Source: an uncultured Pelagibacteraceae bacterium (GTDB taxonomy: Bacteria > Pseudomonadota > Alphaproteobacteria > Pelagibacterales > Pelagibacteraceae). From it: DNA of 64,000 nucleotides. The translations under genes and the position numbers were made by a program. Where the stretch lies: contig CACCZY010000002.1 of the NCBI GenBank assembly GCA_902550635.1, forward strand, positions 10,169-74,168. Direction: 5' to 3'. Under the pieces are notes generated by a model. The model saw only the letters and a list, made by a program, of their open reading frames with translations, ran no database searches and had not been told where the DNA came from. Below, piece by piece: positions 8,569 through 19,176 of the stretch (position 1 is its first letter; each line of letters opens with the position of its first letter).

Positions 8569-10389
8569 TTAGTGTTGTTTTCCAAGTACTGTTCTACCGC
8601 TAGGTATACGTACTTCGTCAACCATTCTTTGAGTTGCAGCATCTGGTGCTTTAGTCATTAAACTAACAACAACCATAGATACTAAACTTACTAATGATCC
8701 AATTATTCCAAATGTAAGTTGAGTTATACCCCAGAATCCAGCTCCACCATTACGTACCCAAATTAGATACGCAGTACCAGAGATTAGACCTAGCATCATT
8801 CCCGCAACAGCACCCTGTGCATTTGCTCTCTTCCACCATACTCCTAATACAAGTGGGAAGAACAATCCTGACATTGCAAAGTCAAAAGCCCAGATAACTG
8901 AACCTAAGATACCTTGAATCTCAAGAGCAGCAATAGACGCTCCAGCGAAACCAATTATGAAAAGTAATACCCTTGCAACAATTAGTCTTTTTGCTGTTTC
9001 TGCTTTAGGGTCAATGATCTTGTAGTATAAGTCATGAGATAAAGCATTCGCAATTGCTAGAACTAATCCATCCGCAGTTGACATGGCAGCAGCCATACCA
9101 CCAGCAGCAACTAGTCCTGAAATTACATAAGGTAATCCAGCGATCTCCGGTGTAGCTAATACAACAGCTTTACCACCCATGAAAAACTCGTTTAAGTCAA
9201 GAGTTCCATTTCCGTTAAAGTCGCTAACAAACATTAAATTTGCCTGGTTCCAGTTTTGGTACCAGTCTAATGCTTGAACTTCAGATATTGATTTACCAAT
9301 GATTCCTGTTGCTAAGTTTGGATCCATTAATGATAGTTTTGATAACGTAGCTAACATCGGTGCTGAAGAGTAAAGTAGGAATATAAAGAATAATGACCAA
9401 CCTACTGATCTTCTAGCTGATTTTACACTTGGCGTAGTAAAATATCTCATCATAACGTGAGGTAATGAAGCTGTTCCAGCCATCATACAAACCGCTAATG
9501 AGATAAATGCCCAAGGTGTAGCATTAACCGAAGAGTGAGCTTTAGTTATTCCTGCTAAGCCTTTTGGAACTGTAGCTAAGTCAGCTGCAGAATTTTTAAC
9601 TGTTCCTAAACCAAATTGGCTTTCTAGCTCAGCAATTCTTGCAACTTCATCTGCTAACATAAAGTGAGGAAAGAATCCTGCACCCATTTTGTTACTAATC
9701 CAAAATACAGGTATTAAGTATGCTATGATTAGAACGATATATTGTGCAACCTGTGTCCAAGTTACTGCTCTCATTCCACCAAGCATAGAACAAATTAATA
9801 TACTTGCTAATCCAATATACACTGCTATTCCAAATGGAATATCTAGCGCTACTGAAGCAATTGTTCCTGTTGCGTTGATCTGCGCAGTCACATAAGTGAA
9901 TGAAGCGACCGTTAATACTATAACAGCACACACCCTTGCTAAGTTACCACCATATCTTGTACCTATAAAATCTGGAACTGTATAACATCCAAATTTTCTA
10001 AGGTAAGGTGCTAACAAAGATGCAACTAATACATATCCACCAGTCCATCCAACTAGTAGCGCCATATAACCGTAACCTTTAAAATAAATACCACCTGCCA
10101 TTGCAACGAATGATGCACCAGACATCCAGTCTGCTGCAGTTGCCATTCCGTTGAATACAGTTGGAACTTGTCTTCCAGCTACGTAATAAGCATCCAATTG
10201 AAGTGTTCTTGATAAATAACCAATCAATGCATAGATACCAACTGTAAATGCAACGAAAAAGATACCTATCAATTTCGCCGACATCCCAGCTGACTCTGCT
10301 ATCGCCATTAAAATTATGAACGCAAGGAAACCACCAGTATATATTCCATATACTTTTGGTAAATTATCTATAAATTTTCCTTTAATCAT
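8569..10389 (-). CDS. actP: sodium:solute symporter, ActP-like (acetate/monocarboxylate permease)
   Basis: YYVAGR, NGMATAADWMSGASF, APYLRKFG.YTVPDFIG.RY, GTASLPH, AAAMSTADGL; near acs and preceded by a small partner subunit. Confidence 0.85.
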   Translation of the reverse strand: MIKGKFIDNLPKVYGIYTGGFLAFIILMAIAESAGMSAKLIGIFFVAFTVGIYALIGYLSRTLQLDAYYVAGRQVPTVFNGMATAADWMSGASFVAMAGGIYFKGYGYMALLVGWTGGYVLVASLLAPYLRKFGCYTVPDFIGTRYGGNLARVCAVIVLTVASFTYVTAQINATGTIASVALDIPFGIAVYIGLASILICSMLGGMRAVTWTQVAQYIVLIIAYLIPVFWISNKMGAGFFPHFMLADEVARIAELESQFGLGTVKNSAADLATVPKGLAGITKAHSSVNATPWAFISLAVCMMAGTASLPHVMMRYFTTPSVKSARRSVGWSLFFIFLLYSSAPMLATLSKLSLMDPNLATGIIGKSISEVQALDWYQNWNQANLMFVSDFNGNGTLDLNEFFMGGKAVVLATPEIAGLPYVISGLVAAGGMAAAMSTADGLVLAIANALSHDLYYKIIDPKAETAKRLIVARVLLFIIGFAGASIAALEIQGILGSVIWAFDFAMSGLFFPLVLGVWWKRANAQGAVAGMMLGLISGTAYLIWVRNGGAGFWGITQLTFGIIGSLVSLVSMVVVSLMTKAPDAATQRMVDEVRIPSGRTVLGKQH

Positions 10390-10653
10390 TTAGTCACCCT
10401 CTCTTTCGGTATAACCAAATTCTTCATCTATTTTTTCTTGTCTATTTGCAAACCAAAAAATTAATATTACAAAAATTCCAAGTGACCCCTGACATGTCAT
10501 ATAATATGACAATGGATATCCTAAAGGTCTAAAGCTAGATGCTTCCATTTCGGCCCCAAAGAAAAAGATGCCAATTGAGAATACAAACCAGATTGCTAAA
10601 GTTATAAATAGCAAACCTCTAGTTTTTTCCCAATGTTTTGCTTGTTTTGACAT
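10390..10653 (-). CDS. DUF4212-type small membrane partner of the solute symporter
   Basis: HWEKTR, LAIWF, GYPLSYYM..QGS, DEEFG; GGGAGA RBS upstream; abuts the actP start. Confidence 0.85.
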   Translation of the reverse strand: MSKQAKHWEKTRGLLFITLAIWFVFSIGIFFFGAEMEASSFRPLGYPLSYYMTCQGSLGIFVILIFWFANRQEKIDEEFGYTEREGD

Positions 10654-10770
10654 TTTGTTTCTCCCTATAGTTTAAAAAAAAAGAGCATACTTATAATTAA
10701 ACAATATTAAACCCTTAAAAATCCTAGCAATAACAAGGTTTATATCATATAAAACAACCTTAACTAGAAA

Positions 10771-11397
10771 ATGGCACTTAAGTATAGATTTAACTTAAAA
10801 GATATAAAGTTAGTTGATTTCAAGCTTTACTTATTTTCATTGTTTAAAGTTTTTATCCCCAAAAAAAAAATTAAAAATATTAAGGATCTAAAAGAATTTA
10901 TTCAAAAAAAATCTGCATGGGTTTCCCAAGTAACTCTGTATAGTTATTTAAAAACGAGAATGGGTACTAAGTATGTTTTACACTTTGATAATGAGATATT
11001 GTTAGGATCGATTAATAAAGCTAAGTGGAACATCTATGCTGTAGCCCTACAAGATCTTACCTTATTTTGTTTTTCATATTTAAATGTATTTTTTAATTAT
11101 CAAGATATTGATAATGCAAAATTGATTTATGAAAATATATTAGAAGATGAAAAGTCTAACGGTATGCCAACAGATATAATTGAAAAGGGGAAAAAAAATT
11201 TTCAGGAAAGATTACAAAAAATAAATTGGAAAACGCATTGTAGTAATTTACCATTTAATGATAGTGCTTTATCTCTTTATGAGTGGGCACCTATAGCTGA
11301 TGAATTAAAAATTTTAGACAGGAAAATAGTTTTAAATTCTATGATATTAAAATGGGATAATATTCAAAAAGAATTTATAAAATTAATTAAGTTTTAA
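10771..11397 (+). CDS. conserved hypothetical protein
   Basis: 208-aa ORF with protein-like composition ([34 protein letters not shown]); fills the gap between the symporter operon and acs. Confidence 0.75.
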   Translation: MALKYRFNLKDIKLVDFKLYLFSLFKVFIPKKKIKNIKDLKEFIQKKSAWVSQVTLYSYLKTRMGTKYVLHFDNEILLGSINKAKWNIYAVALQDLTLFCFSYLNVFFNYQDIDNAKLIYENILEDEKSNGMPTDIIEKGKKNFQERLQKINWKTHCSNLPFNDSALSLYEWAPIADELKILDRKIVLNSMILKWDNIQKEFIKLIKF

Positions 11398-13379
11398 GTA
11401 TTTTTTCTATTATCTACTAAACTTTTCACAACACTTGGGTCTGCTAAAGTTGTTGTGTCTCCAAGTTGTTCATGTTCGTTATGGGCTATTTTTCGTAAAA
11501 TTCTTCTCATTATTTTTCCAGATCTTGTTTTTGGTAGTCCTGGCGCAAATTGAATTAAATCTGGTGTAGCAATCGCACCAATCTGTTTTCTTACCCAAAG
11601 TTTAAGGTCTCTTTCAAGTTCTCCATTTGGATTTTCTCCAACATTTAAAGTTACATAACAATATAATCCATTACCTTTTATATCATGTGGGTATCCAACA
11701 ACAGCTGCTTCAGCTACTTTTGGATGAGCTACAAAAGCACTTTCTATTTCAGCTGTTCCAAGATTATGTCCAGAAACAATTATTACATCATCAACTCTTC
11801 CAGTGATCCAATAATAACCATCCTTGTCTCTTCTGCATCCATCTCCAGTAAAATATTTTCCATCAAACTGTGAGAAATACGTTTCGATGAATCTATTGTG
11901 ATCTCCATAAACTGTTCTCATTTGTCCTGGCCAGGATTGTGCAATGCATAGTCTTCCTTGGCATTCTCCTTTTAAAATTTTTCCATCTTTATCAACAATT
12001 ACAGGTTTGATACCGTAAAAAGGTTTTGTTGCTGACCCTGGTTTTAAATCTATAGCTCCAGTTTGAGGACTTATCATAATTCCTCCTGTTTCAGTCTGCC
12101 ACCATGTATCTACTATCGGGCATTTCGAATCCCCAACTGTTTTATAATACCATAACCAAGCTTCAGGGTTTATTGGTTCCCCAACAGTTCCAAGTAATTT
12201 TAATGATTTTCTTGATGTTTTTTTAACTGGCCCTTCTCCTTCTCTCATTAATGCCCTAATAGCAGTTGGTGCTGTATAAAAAATATTTACTTTATATTTA
12301 TCAACTATCTGCCACCATCTAGAACTATCAGGGTAAGTTGGAATTCCTTCAAACATTATAGTTGTTGCTCCGTTAGCAAGAGGACCATAAATAATGTAAC
12401 TATGTCCTGTTATCCATCCAATGTCAGCTGTACACCAATAAATATCTTTAGATTTATAATTAAAAACATATTGATGTGTCATTGAAGCATAAACCATATA
12501 GCCACCAGTTGTGTGCATGACACCTTTTGGTTTTCCAGTAGAACCTGACGTATAGAGAATAAACAAAGGATCTTCAGCATTCATCTCTTCAGGAGGACAA
12601 ATTGAAGATGCTTTTTTTACTATTTCATGATACCAAACATCTCTACTTTTATCCCAATTAATTCTATTACCTGTTCTTTTGACTACAATACATTTTTTTA
12701 CATTGGTACAATGAACTAATGCTTCATCAGTTATTGATTTTAAAGGAATTATTTTTCCTCCTCTTATTCCTTCATCAGCAGTTACTACATAATCAGATTT
12801 ACAATCATTTATTCTACCCGCAATACTATCTGGTGAAAAACCTCCAAAAATAATTGAATGAATTGCCCCAATTCTTGCACAAGCTAGCATAGTATATGCC
12901 AACTCTGGGATCATAGTCATATAAATCGTTACTCTATCACCTTTTTTGACACCAATTTCTTTTAAAGCATTAGCAGTTTTTGAAACCTCTTGATGCAGTT
13001 GTTTGTATGTAATTTTTTTTTGTACCTTTGGATCATCACCAACCCAAATAATTGCATTTTTATTTTTATTTTTATTTAAATGTCTATCTATACAATTTGC
13101 AGAAGCATTTAATGTACCATCATAAAACCATTTAATACGAACATCTGATTTACTATACTTAACATCTTTTATTTTTGTATAGGGTTTAATCCAGTCTATT
13201 CTTTTGCCTTCTTTTTTCCAAAATCCATCATTATCCTTTACGGATAATTTATATTTTTTTTGATATTGTTTATTATTAACATATGCCCTAGAGACCCAAT
13301 CTTTTTTTGTCTTAAATATTAGTTCGCTATCTTCACTTTTCTGTTTTATTTTTTTTCTTAATTTTTTTTTCTTAGGCAT
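11394..13379 (-). CDS. acs: acetyl-CoA synthetase
   Basis: [53 protein letters not shown]. Confidence 0.97.
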   Translation of the reverse strand: MPKKKKLRKKIKQKSEDSELIFKTKKDWVSRAYVNNKQYQKKYKLSVKDNDGFWKKEGKRIDWIKPYTKIKDVKYSKSDVRIKWFYDGTLNASANCIDRHLNKNKNKNAIIWVGDDPKVQKKITYKQLHQEVSKTANALKEIGVKKGDRVTIYMTMIPELAYTMLACARIGAIHSIIFGGFSPDSIAGRINDCKSDYVVTADEGIRGGKIIPLKSITDEALVHCTNVKKCIVVKRTGNRINWDKSRDVWYHEIVKKASSICPPEEMNAEDPLFILYTSGSTGKPKGVMHTTGGYMVYASMTHQYVFNYKSKDIYWCTADIGWITGHSYIIYGPLANGATTIMFEGIPTYPDSSRWWQIVDKYKVNIFYTAPTAIRALMREGEGPVKKTSRKSLKLLGTVGEPINPEAWLWYYKTVGDSKCPIVDTWWQTETGGIMISPQTGAIDLKPGSATKPFYGIKPVIVDKDGKILKGECQGRLCIAQSWPGQMRTVYGDHNRFIETYFSQFDGKYFTGDGCRRDKDGYYWITGRVDDVIIVSGHNLGTAEIESAFVAHPKVAEAAVVGYPHDIKGNGLYCYVTLNVGENPNGELERDLKLWVRKQIGAIATPDLIQFAPGLPKTRSGKIMRRILRKIAHNEHEQLGDTTTLADPSVVKSLVDNRKNT

Positions 13380-13382
13380 TTT

Positions 13383-13796
13383 CTAAGTTTTACTCATTTT
13401 ATACAAAATTTTCCAGCATTTAGAATCTATTGGCATTACTGATAATCTGCTTTGTTTAATCAGAGGTAAGCTCTGAAGAGAGGTATTTTTTTTGATATCT
13501 CCAAGTGAAACTGAGTTTTTTAATTTATTTTTGAATTTTACCTTAATCGCAACAAATTTTTTTTTTTCATCACTAGGGTCAATAAATGCTGTTTTTATAA
13601 CTTCTACAATTCCAACAATTTCTTTTCCTATATTTGAATGATAAAAATAACAAAGGTCACCTATTTTCATTTTTTTTAAATTATTTGATGCTTGATAATT
13701 TCTAACACCGTCCCAAACCACTCCTTTATTACCAGCTTCTTTTTGTTGATCAATTGACCATACATCAGGTTCAGATTTAAGTAACCAGTACTTCAT
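13383..13796 (-). CDS. EVE domain protein
   Basis: YWLLKSEP, WDGVRNYQA, YFYHSN, SRLSVMP. Confidence 0.93.
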   Translation of the reverse strand: MKYWLLKSEPDVWSIDQQKEAGNKGVVWDGVRNYQASNNLKKMKIGDLCYFYHSNIGKEIVGIVEVIKTAFIDPSDEKKKFVAIKVKFKNKLKNSVSLGDIKKNTSLQSLPLIKQSRLSVMPIDSKCWKILYKMSKT

Positions 13797-13800
13797 CTAA

Positions 13801-14190
13801 TTATTTTAGCTTCATACTTGCAAGTTTTTTGTTGTCCAGTTCAACTTCTAAATTTATTAAACTTAAATTACTATCTTTATATTTTCCACTAATTGTAAAT
13901 AAAAATTTATGATTTAAATTGTTAATTATATAAAATTTAACATAAAATTTCGAATTTGTTTTAAAATTATTGAATTCATTAACTTTTACAATATGACGAT
14001 GTTCTAACAAATTGTGTTTTGAGATAAAAATATTCTCATTGTTATCTACTTCAAGAGTAAATTTCATTACAAACTTATCATCACAAATACTGGGATGACC
14101 TGAACAATCATAAGTTACATATTCTTTTGTGAAAGCATTTGTGATTAACAATAAACTAAAAAATAAAATTCCTAAAAGTTTTTTTATCAT
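13801..14190 (-). CDS. hypothetical exported protein
   Basis: signal-peptide-like N-terminus (MIKKLLGILFFSLLLITNAFT), CSGHPSIC; tightly packed between tsaD and EVE. Confidence 0.6.
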   Translation of the reverse strand: MIKKLLGILFFSLLLITNAFTKEYVTYDCSGHPSICDDKFVMKFTLEVDNNENIFISKHNLLEHRHIVKVNEFNNFKTNSKFYVKFYIINNLNHKFLFTISGKYKDSNLSLINLEVELDNKKLASMKLK

Positions 14191-14206
14191 ATTAAATCCA
14201 TTATCA

Positions 14207-15274
14207 CTAAAATTTTACTCCTGCGCCCTTCAAAAATTTTGCTTTATCATCTAAAGCCCATCTTGGATTTGGCTTGAAGTCTAACTTATCAAACTGTTTT
14301 AATTTATATTTTTCTAATCCCACCATAGCTATCATTGCTGCATTATCACTGCATAAATTTATATCTGGAAAGATTATTTTAAAATTTTTTTCTTTACTTA
14401 AATTTATTAGTTTATTTCTAATACCTTTATTTGCAGCAACTCCACCAGCTACCACAAAATTTTTTTCTTTATTTTTTTTTAGGTATTCTTTAAAAGCAAT
14501 TTTTGTTTTTTCATAAAGTATTTCTTCTATAGTTTTTTGAAATGAAGCAGCTAAATCAAATTTTTCTTGTTCATTTTTTATGTTTTTTGTTATTCTAAGT
14601 ATTGCAGTTTTTAAACCTGCAAATGATAAATTACATCCGCCTTTATTAATGATTGGTTTGGGTAGTTGAAATTTATTTCGGTTACCTTTTTTTGAAAATT
14701 TTTCAATTTTAGGTCCACCAGGAAAATCTATTCCTAGAAGTTTTGCAGTTTTGTCATATGCTTCTCCTAATGCATCATCAATTGTTGTTCCTAATCTTTT
14801 ATATTGTCCAAGTCCTTCAACTGATAAATATTGAGTGTGACCTCCGGAAATTAACAATAGTAAATATGGATATTCTAATTTTGAATTTATTTTAGGGCTT
14901 AAAGCATGTCCCTCTAAATGATTTACTGCTATTAAAGGTTTGCCTATCGAAGATGCTAATCCTTTTGCGAAGTTTAATCCTACAGTTAAACAAACAATTA
15001 ATCCTGGTCCAGCAGTAACTGCTATAGCATCTAAGTCGTTTATTTTTATTTTACTTTCATTCAAAGCTTTTTTTGTGATTAAATCTATTTTTTCTAAATG
15101 AGATCTTGCAGCTAATTCTGGAACTACACCTCCAAATTCTTTATGTATGTCAAATTGACTTGAAATGATATTTGACAATATTTTTGTATTACCATTTTCG
15201 CCATCTTGTAAAACAGCTGCCGCAGTCTCATCACAGCTAGACTCAAGCCCTAGGATTATTGGTTTTTTTGCCAT
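14207..15274 (-). CDS. tsaD: tRNA N6-threonylcarbamoyladenosine synthesis protein TsaD
   Basis: LGLESSCDETAAAV, GGVVPELAARSH, VNHLEGH, SGGHT, GEAYDK, DNAAMIA. Confidence 0.97.
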   Translation of the reverse strand: MAKKPIILGLESSCDETAAAVLQDGENGNTKILSNIISSQFDIHKEFGGVVPELAARSHLEKIDLITKKALNESKIKINDLDAIAVTAGPGLIVCLTVGLNFAKGLASSIGKPLIAVNHLEGHALSPKINSKLEYPYLLLLISGGHTQYLSVEGLGQYKRLGTTIDDALGEAYDKTAKLLGIDFPGGPKIEKFSKKGNRNKFQLPKPIINKGGCNLSFAGLKTAILRITKNIKNEQEKFDLAASFQKTIEEILYEKTKIAFKEYLKKNKEKNFVVAGGVAANKGIRNKLINLSKEKNFKIIFPDINLCSDNAAMIAMVGLEKYKLKQFDKLDFKPNPRWALDDKAKFLKGAGVKF

Positions 15275-15338
15275 AAATTTTTTTTTTTAATTATTACAAT
15301 TAAACTATAACTATCAAATATAAATATAATTTATAAAA

Positions 15339-16244
15339 ATGAAAAAAATAACTATTGGCTCTAGAGGAAGCAAATTAGCATTGATTTATGCAGAACGTGT
15401 TAAAAAAGAGATTCAAAAATTTTATAAAGATCACATTGAAATAAAAACAATCGTTACGTCTGGAGATAAAAATCAAAAAGATCGGTTGTCCGATTTGGGT
15501 GGAAAAGGATTGTTTTCAAAAAATATTGAGATTGAGCTTTTAGAAAATAAAATTGATTTAGCGGTACATGCTTTAAAAGATATGCCTTCACTTGAAACAA
15601 AAGGACTTCTTACTGATTGTTTTTTAAAAAGAAATGATCCAAATGAAATTTTAATAAGTAAAAATAATATTAAATTTAATAAATTAAAACCTAGCTCGGT
15701 AGTAGGAACTTCATCTTTTAGAAGAGAGTTTCAATTAAAAAATAAAAGAGCAGATTTAAATTTTAAACTTATAAGAGGAAATGTTGATACAAGAATAAAA
15801 AAACTTAACGAAGGTAAATATGATGCAATAATTTTATCTAAAGCAGGAATAAAATCTCTAAATTTAATGGATTATATAACAGAAGAATTTTCAACGGATG
15901 ATATAATACCAAGTGTTGGACAAGGAGCTATAGCTATCCAATGTAGATCAAATGATAATGATATGATTAAATTTTTAAAAAAAATTAATCACATGGAAAC
16001 ACATATTTGTGTAACAGCTGAGAGAGAAGTATTAAAAATACTTGAGGGAGATTGTGAAACAGCTGTTGGGGCTATTTCAAAAATAGAAGGAAATAATATT
16101 AATATCTCTGCTGAACTTTTTTCTATTGATGGAAAAGAAAGATACTATTTTAAGTCTTCAAAAAATATTAATCTTTCAAAAGATTTAGGAAAAGAAGTAG
16201 GTAAAATTTTAAAAGAACAATCAAAAGGATCATATAAAAAATAA
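15339..16244 (+). CDS. hemC: hydroxymethylbilane synthase (porphobilinogen deaminase)
   Basis: GSRGSKLA, GGKGLF, AVHALKDMP, GTSSFRR, RGNVDTR, LEGDC. Confidence 0.96.
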   Translation: MKKITIGSRGSKLALIYAERVKKEIQKFYKDHIEIKTIVTSGDKNQKDRLSDLGGKGLFSKNIEIELLENKIDLAVHALKDMPSLETKGLLTDCFLKRNDPNEILISKNNIKFNKLKPSSVVGTSSFRREFQLKNKRADLNFKLIRGNVDTRIKKLNEGKYDAIILSKAGIKSLNLMDYITEEFSTDDIIPSVGQGAIAIQCRSNDNDMIKFLKKINHMETHICVTAEREVLKILEGDCETAVGAISKIEGNNINISAELFSIDGKERYYFKSSKNINLSKDLGKEVGKILKEQSKGSYKK

Positions 16245-16246
16245 TT

Positions 16247-16945
16247 ATGCATATTCTACTTACTAGACCGTTAGAAGATTCAAAAGATTTAATTGTAAAA
16301 TTTAAATCTTTAGGACATTCCGTATCTCATTTGCCAGTTATTCAAATTAAAAAAATTGATCATGAAGAACTAAATTATTCAGAATATAAAGGTATTATCT
16401 TTACTAGTTCAAATGCAGTAAAAAATTTGAATTCCAAAAATATTGACAAAAAAATTTATTGTTTTTGTGTAGGTAGTGTGACAGAAAAATTTGCCAAAAA
16501 AAATGGTTTTCAAAATATTTATTCAGCAGATGGAAATGTAAATAATTTAAAAGAAATAATTTTACAAAATTATATAAACAAAAAGGATAAATTACTTTAT
16601 GTTAGTGGAGAAATCATATCATCAAATTTGGACAAAGATTTAATTTCAGAAGGATATTCAGTTAAGAGATTAATAAATTATTCAGTTAAGCCAGTTGAAA
16701 TTTTTGAAGAAAACTTTATTAAGCAGCTAAAATCTTCTATGCCAGAAATTGTATATGTTTATTCAGAAAATAGTGCTAAAAATTTTCTTAACGTTATAAA
16801 AAAGTATGAATTAGTTGACTATTGGATGAATACTAATTTAATGTGCATCGGAGAAAAAACATCTGCAGTATTAAATGAGCTTAAATGGAAAAAGATATTT
16901 TTGTTTAATCCTGGAGAGGAAGAATTTTTGTTATATAAAATTTAA
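16247..16945 (+). CDS. hemD: uroporphyrinogen-III synthase
   Basis: ILLTRP, IFTSSNAV, CVGSVT; directly after hemC. Confidence 0.9.
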   Translation: MHILLTRPLEDSKDLIVKFKSLGHSVSHLPVIQIKKIDHEELNYSEYKGIIFTSSNAVKNLNSKNIDKKIYCFCVGSVTEKFAKKNGFQNIYSADGNVNNLKEIILQNYINKKDKLLYVSGEIISSNLDKDLISEGYSVKRLINYSVKPVEIFEENFIKQLKSSMPEIVYVYSENSAKNFLNVIKKYELVDYWMNTNLMCIGEKTSAVLNELKWKKIFLFNPGEEEFLLYKI

Positions 16946-16947
16946 AT

Positions 16948-18033
16948 ATGGAACTATTTAGTAATTTTAAAGAACTATTTTTGTCTGTTTGGAAGAAAGG
17001 AATTCTTGGCATAGATATTATGGAAATATTTATAGGAGTAGGAATATTTCTCATATTTTTAATTTTTAGAGGAATAATAAGCAAATTAATAATAAAAAGA
17101 TTAGAGGGAATAGCAAAAAAAACAAAAAATAAACTTGATGACTCTTTTGTTCAAGCCATGGAGGGTCCAGCCAGATTTTTACCTATAGTTATAGGTTTTT
17201 TTATTGCTAGTTATTATATGTCGTTCTCAGAGGATAATAGAGTAATTGTTGATACTATTAATAGAACTTTAATAACTATTTTTATTTTTTGGGTGATGCA
17301 TCAAGTTATAGAACCAATTTCATATGTTTTAAGTGGATTAAATAAAATTTTAACAAGAGAATTAATTGGCTGGATAATTAAATCATTAAAGATTTTAATT
17401 TTTATTTTAGGTTTAGCAGCAGTTCTTGAATTGTGGGGGATCAAAATTGGACCAATAATTGCTGGATTAGGTTTGTTTGGAGTTGCAGTAGCATTGGGAG
17501 CTCAAGATTTATTTAAAAATTTAATTTCAGGAATATTAGTTTTAGTTGAAAAAAGATTTAAAATTGGAGATTGGATTTTAGTAGAAGATATAATAGAGGG
17601 AATTGTTGAAAAAATAGGATTTAGATCAACTGTTATAAGAAAGTTTGATAAATCGATTGCAATAATTCCAAATTTTCAGTTTGCTGAAAACGCAGTAATT
17701 AATATTAGTCAAACAACTAATTGGATTATTAGTTGGACAATAAATCTGCAATATGACACTACCGTTGAACAACTTAAATCAATCAGAAATGAAATTGAAG
17801 ATTATATAAAAAAACATCAAGATTATAAACCAGAGCTAGGTTATGCAGTAAGAATTGATAAATTTGCAGAAAGCTCAATTGATTTATATGTTCGTTGTTT
17901 CACCCAGACTGATGATTGGGATGAATGGTTGGCAGTTAAAGAAAGACTTGCAATTCAAATTAAACAAATTGTAGAAAATAATAAAGCTTCTTTTGCGTTT
18001 CCAAGTCAATCAATTTATGTTGAAAAAAAATGA
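16948..18033 (+). CDS. small-conductance mechanosensitive channel (MscS family)
   Basis: GLGLFGVAVALGAQD, FKIGDWI, GIVEKIGFRST, IPN, FAFPSQ. Confidence 0.92.
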   Translation: MELFSNFKELFLSVWKKGILGIDIMEIFIGVGIFLIFLIFRGIISKLIIKRLEGIAKKTKNKLDDSFVQAMEGPARFLPIVIGFFIASYYMSFSEDNRVIVDTINRTLITIFIFWVMHQVIEPISYVLSGLNKILTRELIGWIIKSLKILIFILGLAAVLELWGIKIGPIIAGLGLFGVAVALGAQDLFKNLISGILVLVEKRFKIGDWILVEDIIEGIVEKIGFRSTVIRKFDKSIAIIPNFQFAENAVINISQTTNWIISWTINLQYDTTVEQLKSIRNEIEDYIKKHQDYKPELGYAVRIDKFAESSIDLYVRCFTQTDDWDEWLAVKERLAIQIKQIVENNKASFAFPSQSIYVEKK

Positions 18034-18320
18034 TAGCCATTTTTTATTTAGTTTTACAAATATTAAAACTTTATTCTTATGTAGTAATTGCAAATGTAGT
18101 TATAAGCTGGTTAATTGCATTTAATGTTCTAAATACATCAAATAGATTTGTTTATTCTATTTTAGATTTTACTTATAGGATGACAGATCCTTTTTTAAAT
18201 AAAATAAGAAGATTTTTACCTAATCTTGGTGCTATTGATATTTCACCAATTGTTCTTCTTTTGTTGATATGGTTTATAGAAATGTGTATGAAGCTTTACA
18301 TAGCACCAATTATTTTTTAA
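18030..18320 (+). CDS. yggT: YggT family membrane protein
   Basis: ISWLIAFNVLN, TDPFL..IRR.LP..G.IDISPI; upstream of folD as in other Alphaproteobacteria. Confidence 0.9.
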   Translation: MIAIFYLVLQILKLYSYVVIANVVISWLIAFNVLNTSNRFVYSILDFTYRMTDPFLNKIRRFLPNLGAIDISPIVLLLLIWFIEMCMKLYIAPIIF

Positions 18321-18327
18321 TTTATTT

Positions 18328-19176
18328 ATGATATTAATAGACGGAAAAAAAGTAGCAGCAGAATTAAGAGAAGAATTAAAAAAAGAAGTTTCAAATTTAA
18401 AAGCAAAATATAACAAAACCCCTGGACTTACAGTAATCCTAATTGGAGATATGGCTCCAAGTCAAATATATGTTCGCATGAAAGAAAAGGCTGCTAACGA
18501 AGTAGGTTTAAAATCAGAAGTTATAAAATATCCTAATGAAGTAGAGGAGAAAACAGTTCTAGATAAAATTCATGAGCTTAATAAAGATGACGGTGTATCT
18601 GGAATTTTGGTTCAATTACCCTTACCAAAGCATATTGATAAACAAAAAGTTATTGAGAAAATTTTACCAAGTAAAGATGTTGATGGGTTTCATCCTATGA
18701 ATGTTGGAAATTTGTCTTCAGGATATGATAGTTCAGTTCCGTGTACGCCTCTTGGATGTTATTTATTAATTAAAAAAATTGAACCAAACTTAAGTGGAAA
18801 AAAAGCAGTTGTTGTAGGAAGATCCAATTTAAATGGAAAACCAATGACACAACTTCTTTTAAAAGAAAATTGCACAGTTACTATTACACATTCAAAAACA
18901 AAAGATTTAAAAGAGGAGTGTTTAAAAGGTGATATTATCGTTGCAGCTGTAGGCATACCAGAATTTGTTAGAGGAGATTGGGTTAAGAAAGATGCAATAG
19001 TTATTGATGTTGGAATTAATAAAACTGAAAAAGGTATTGTTGGCGATGTTGCATTTGATGAAGTTTCAAAAGTTGCAAAAGCTTTAACACCTGTTCCTGG
19101 CGGCGTCGGCCCAATGACTATTGCTTGTCTTCTTAAAAATACTATTGAGTGTTTTAAAAAATCAAAAAAAAATTAA
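18328..19176 (+). CDS. folD: methylenetetrahydrofolate dehydrogenase/cyclohydrolase
   Basis: GILVQLPLP, KDVDGFHP, PCTPLG, GRSNLNGKP, TPVPGGVGPMTIA. Confidence 0.97.
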   Translation: MILIDGKKVAAELREELKKEVSNLKAKYNKTPGLTVILIGDMAPSQIYVRMKEKAANEVGLKSEVIKYPNEVEEKTVLDKIHELNKDDGVSGILVQLPLPKHIDKQKVIEKILPSKDVDGFHPMNVGNLSSGYDSSVPCTPLGCYLLIKKIEPNLSGKKAVVVGRSNLNGKPMTQLLLKENCTVTITHSKTKDLKEECLKGDIIVAAVGIPEFVRGDWVKKDAIVIDVGINKTEKGIVGDVAFDEVSKVAKALTPVPGGVGPMTIACLLKNTIECFKKSKKN

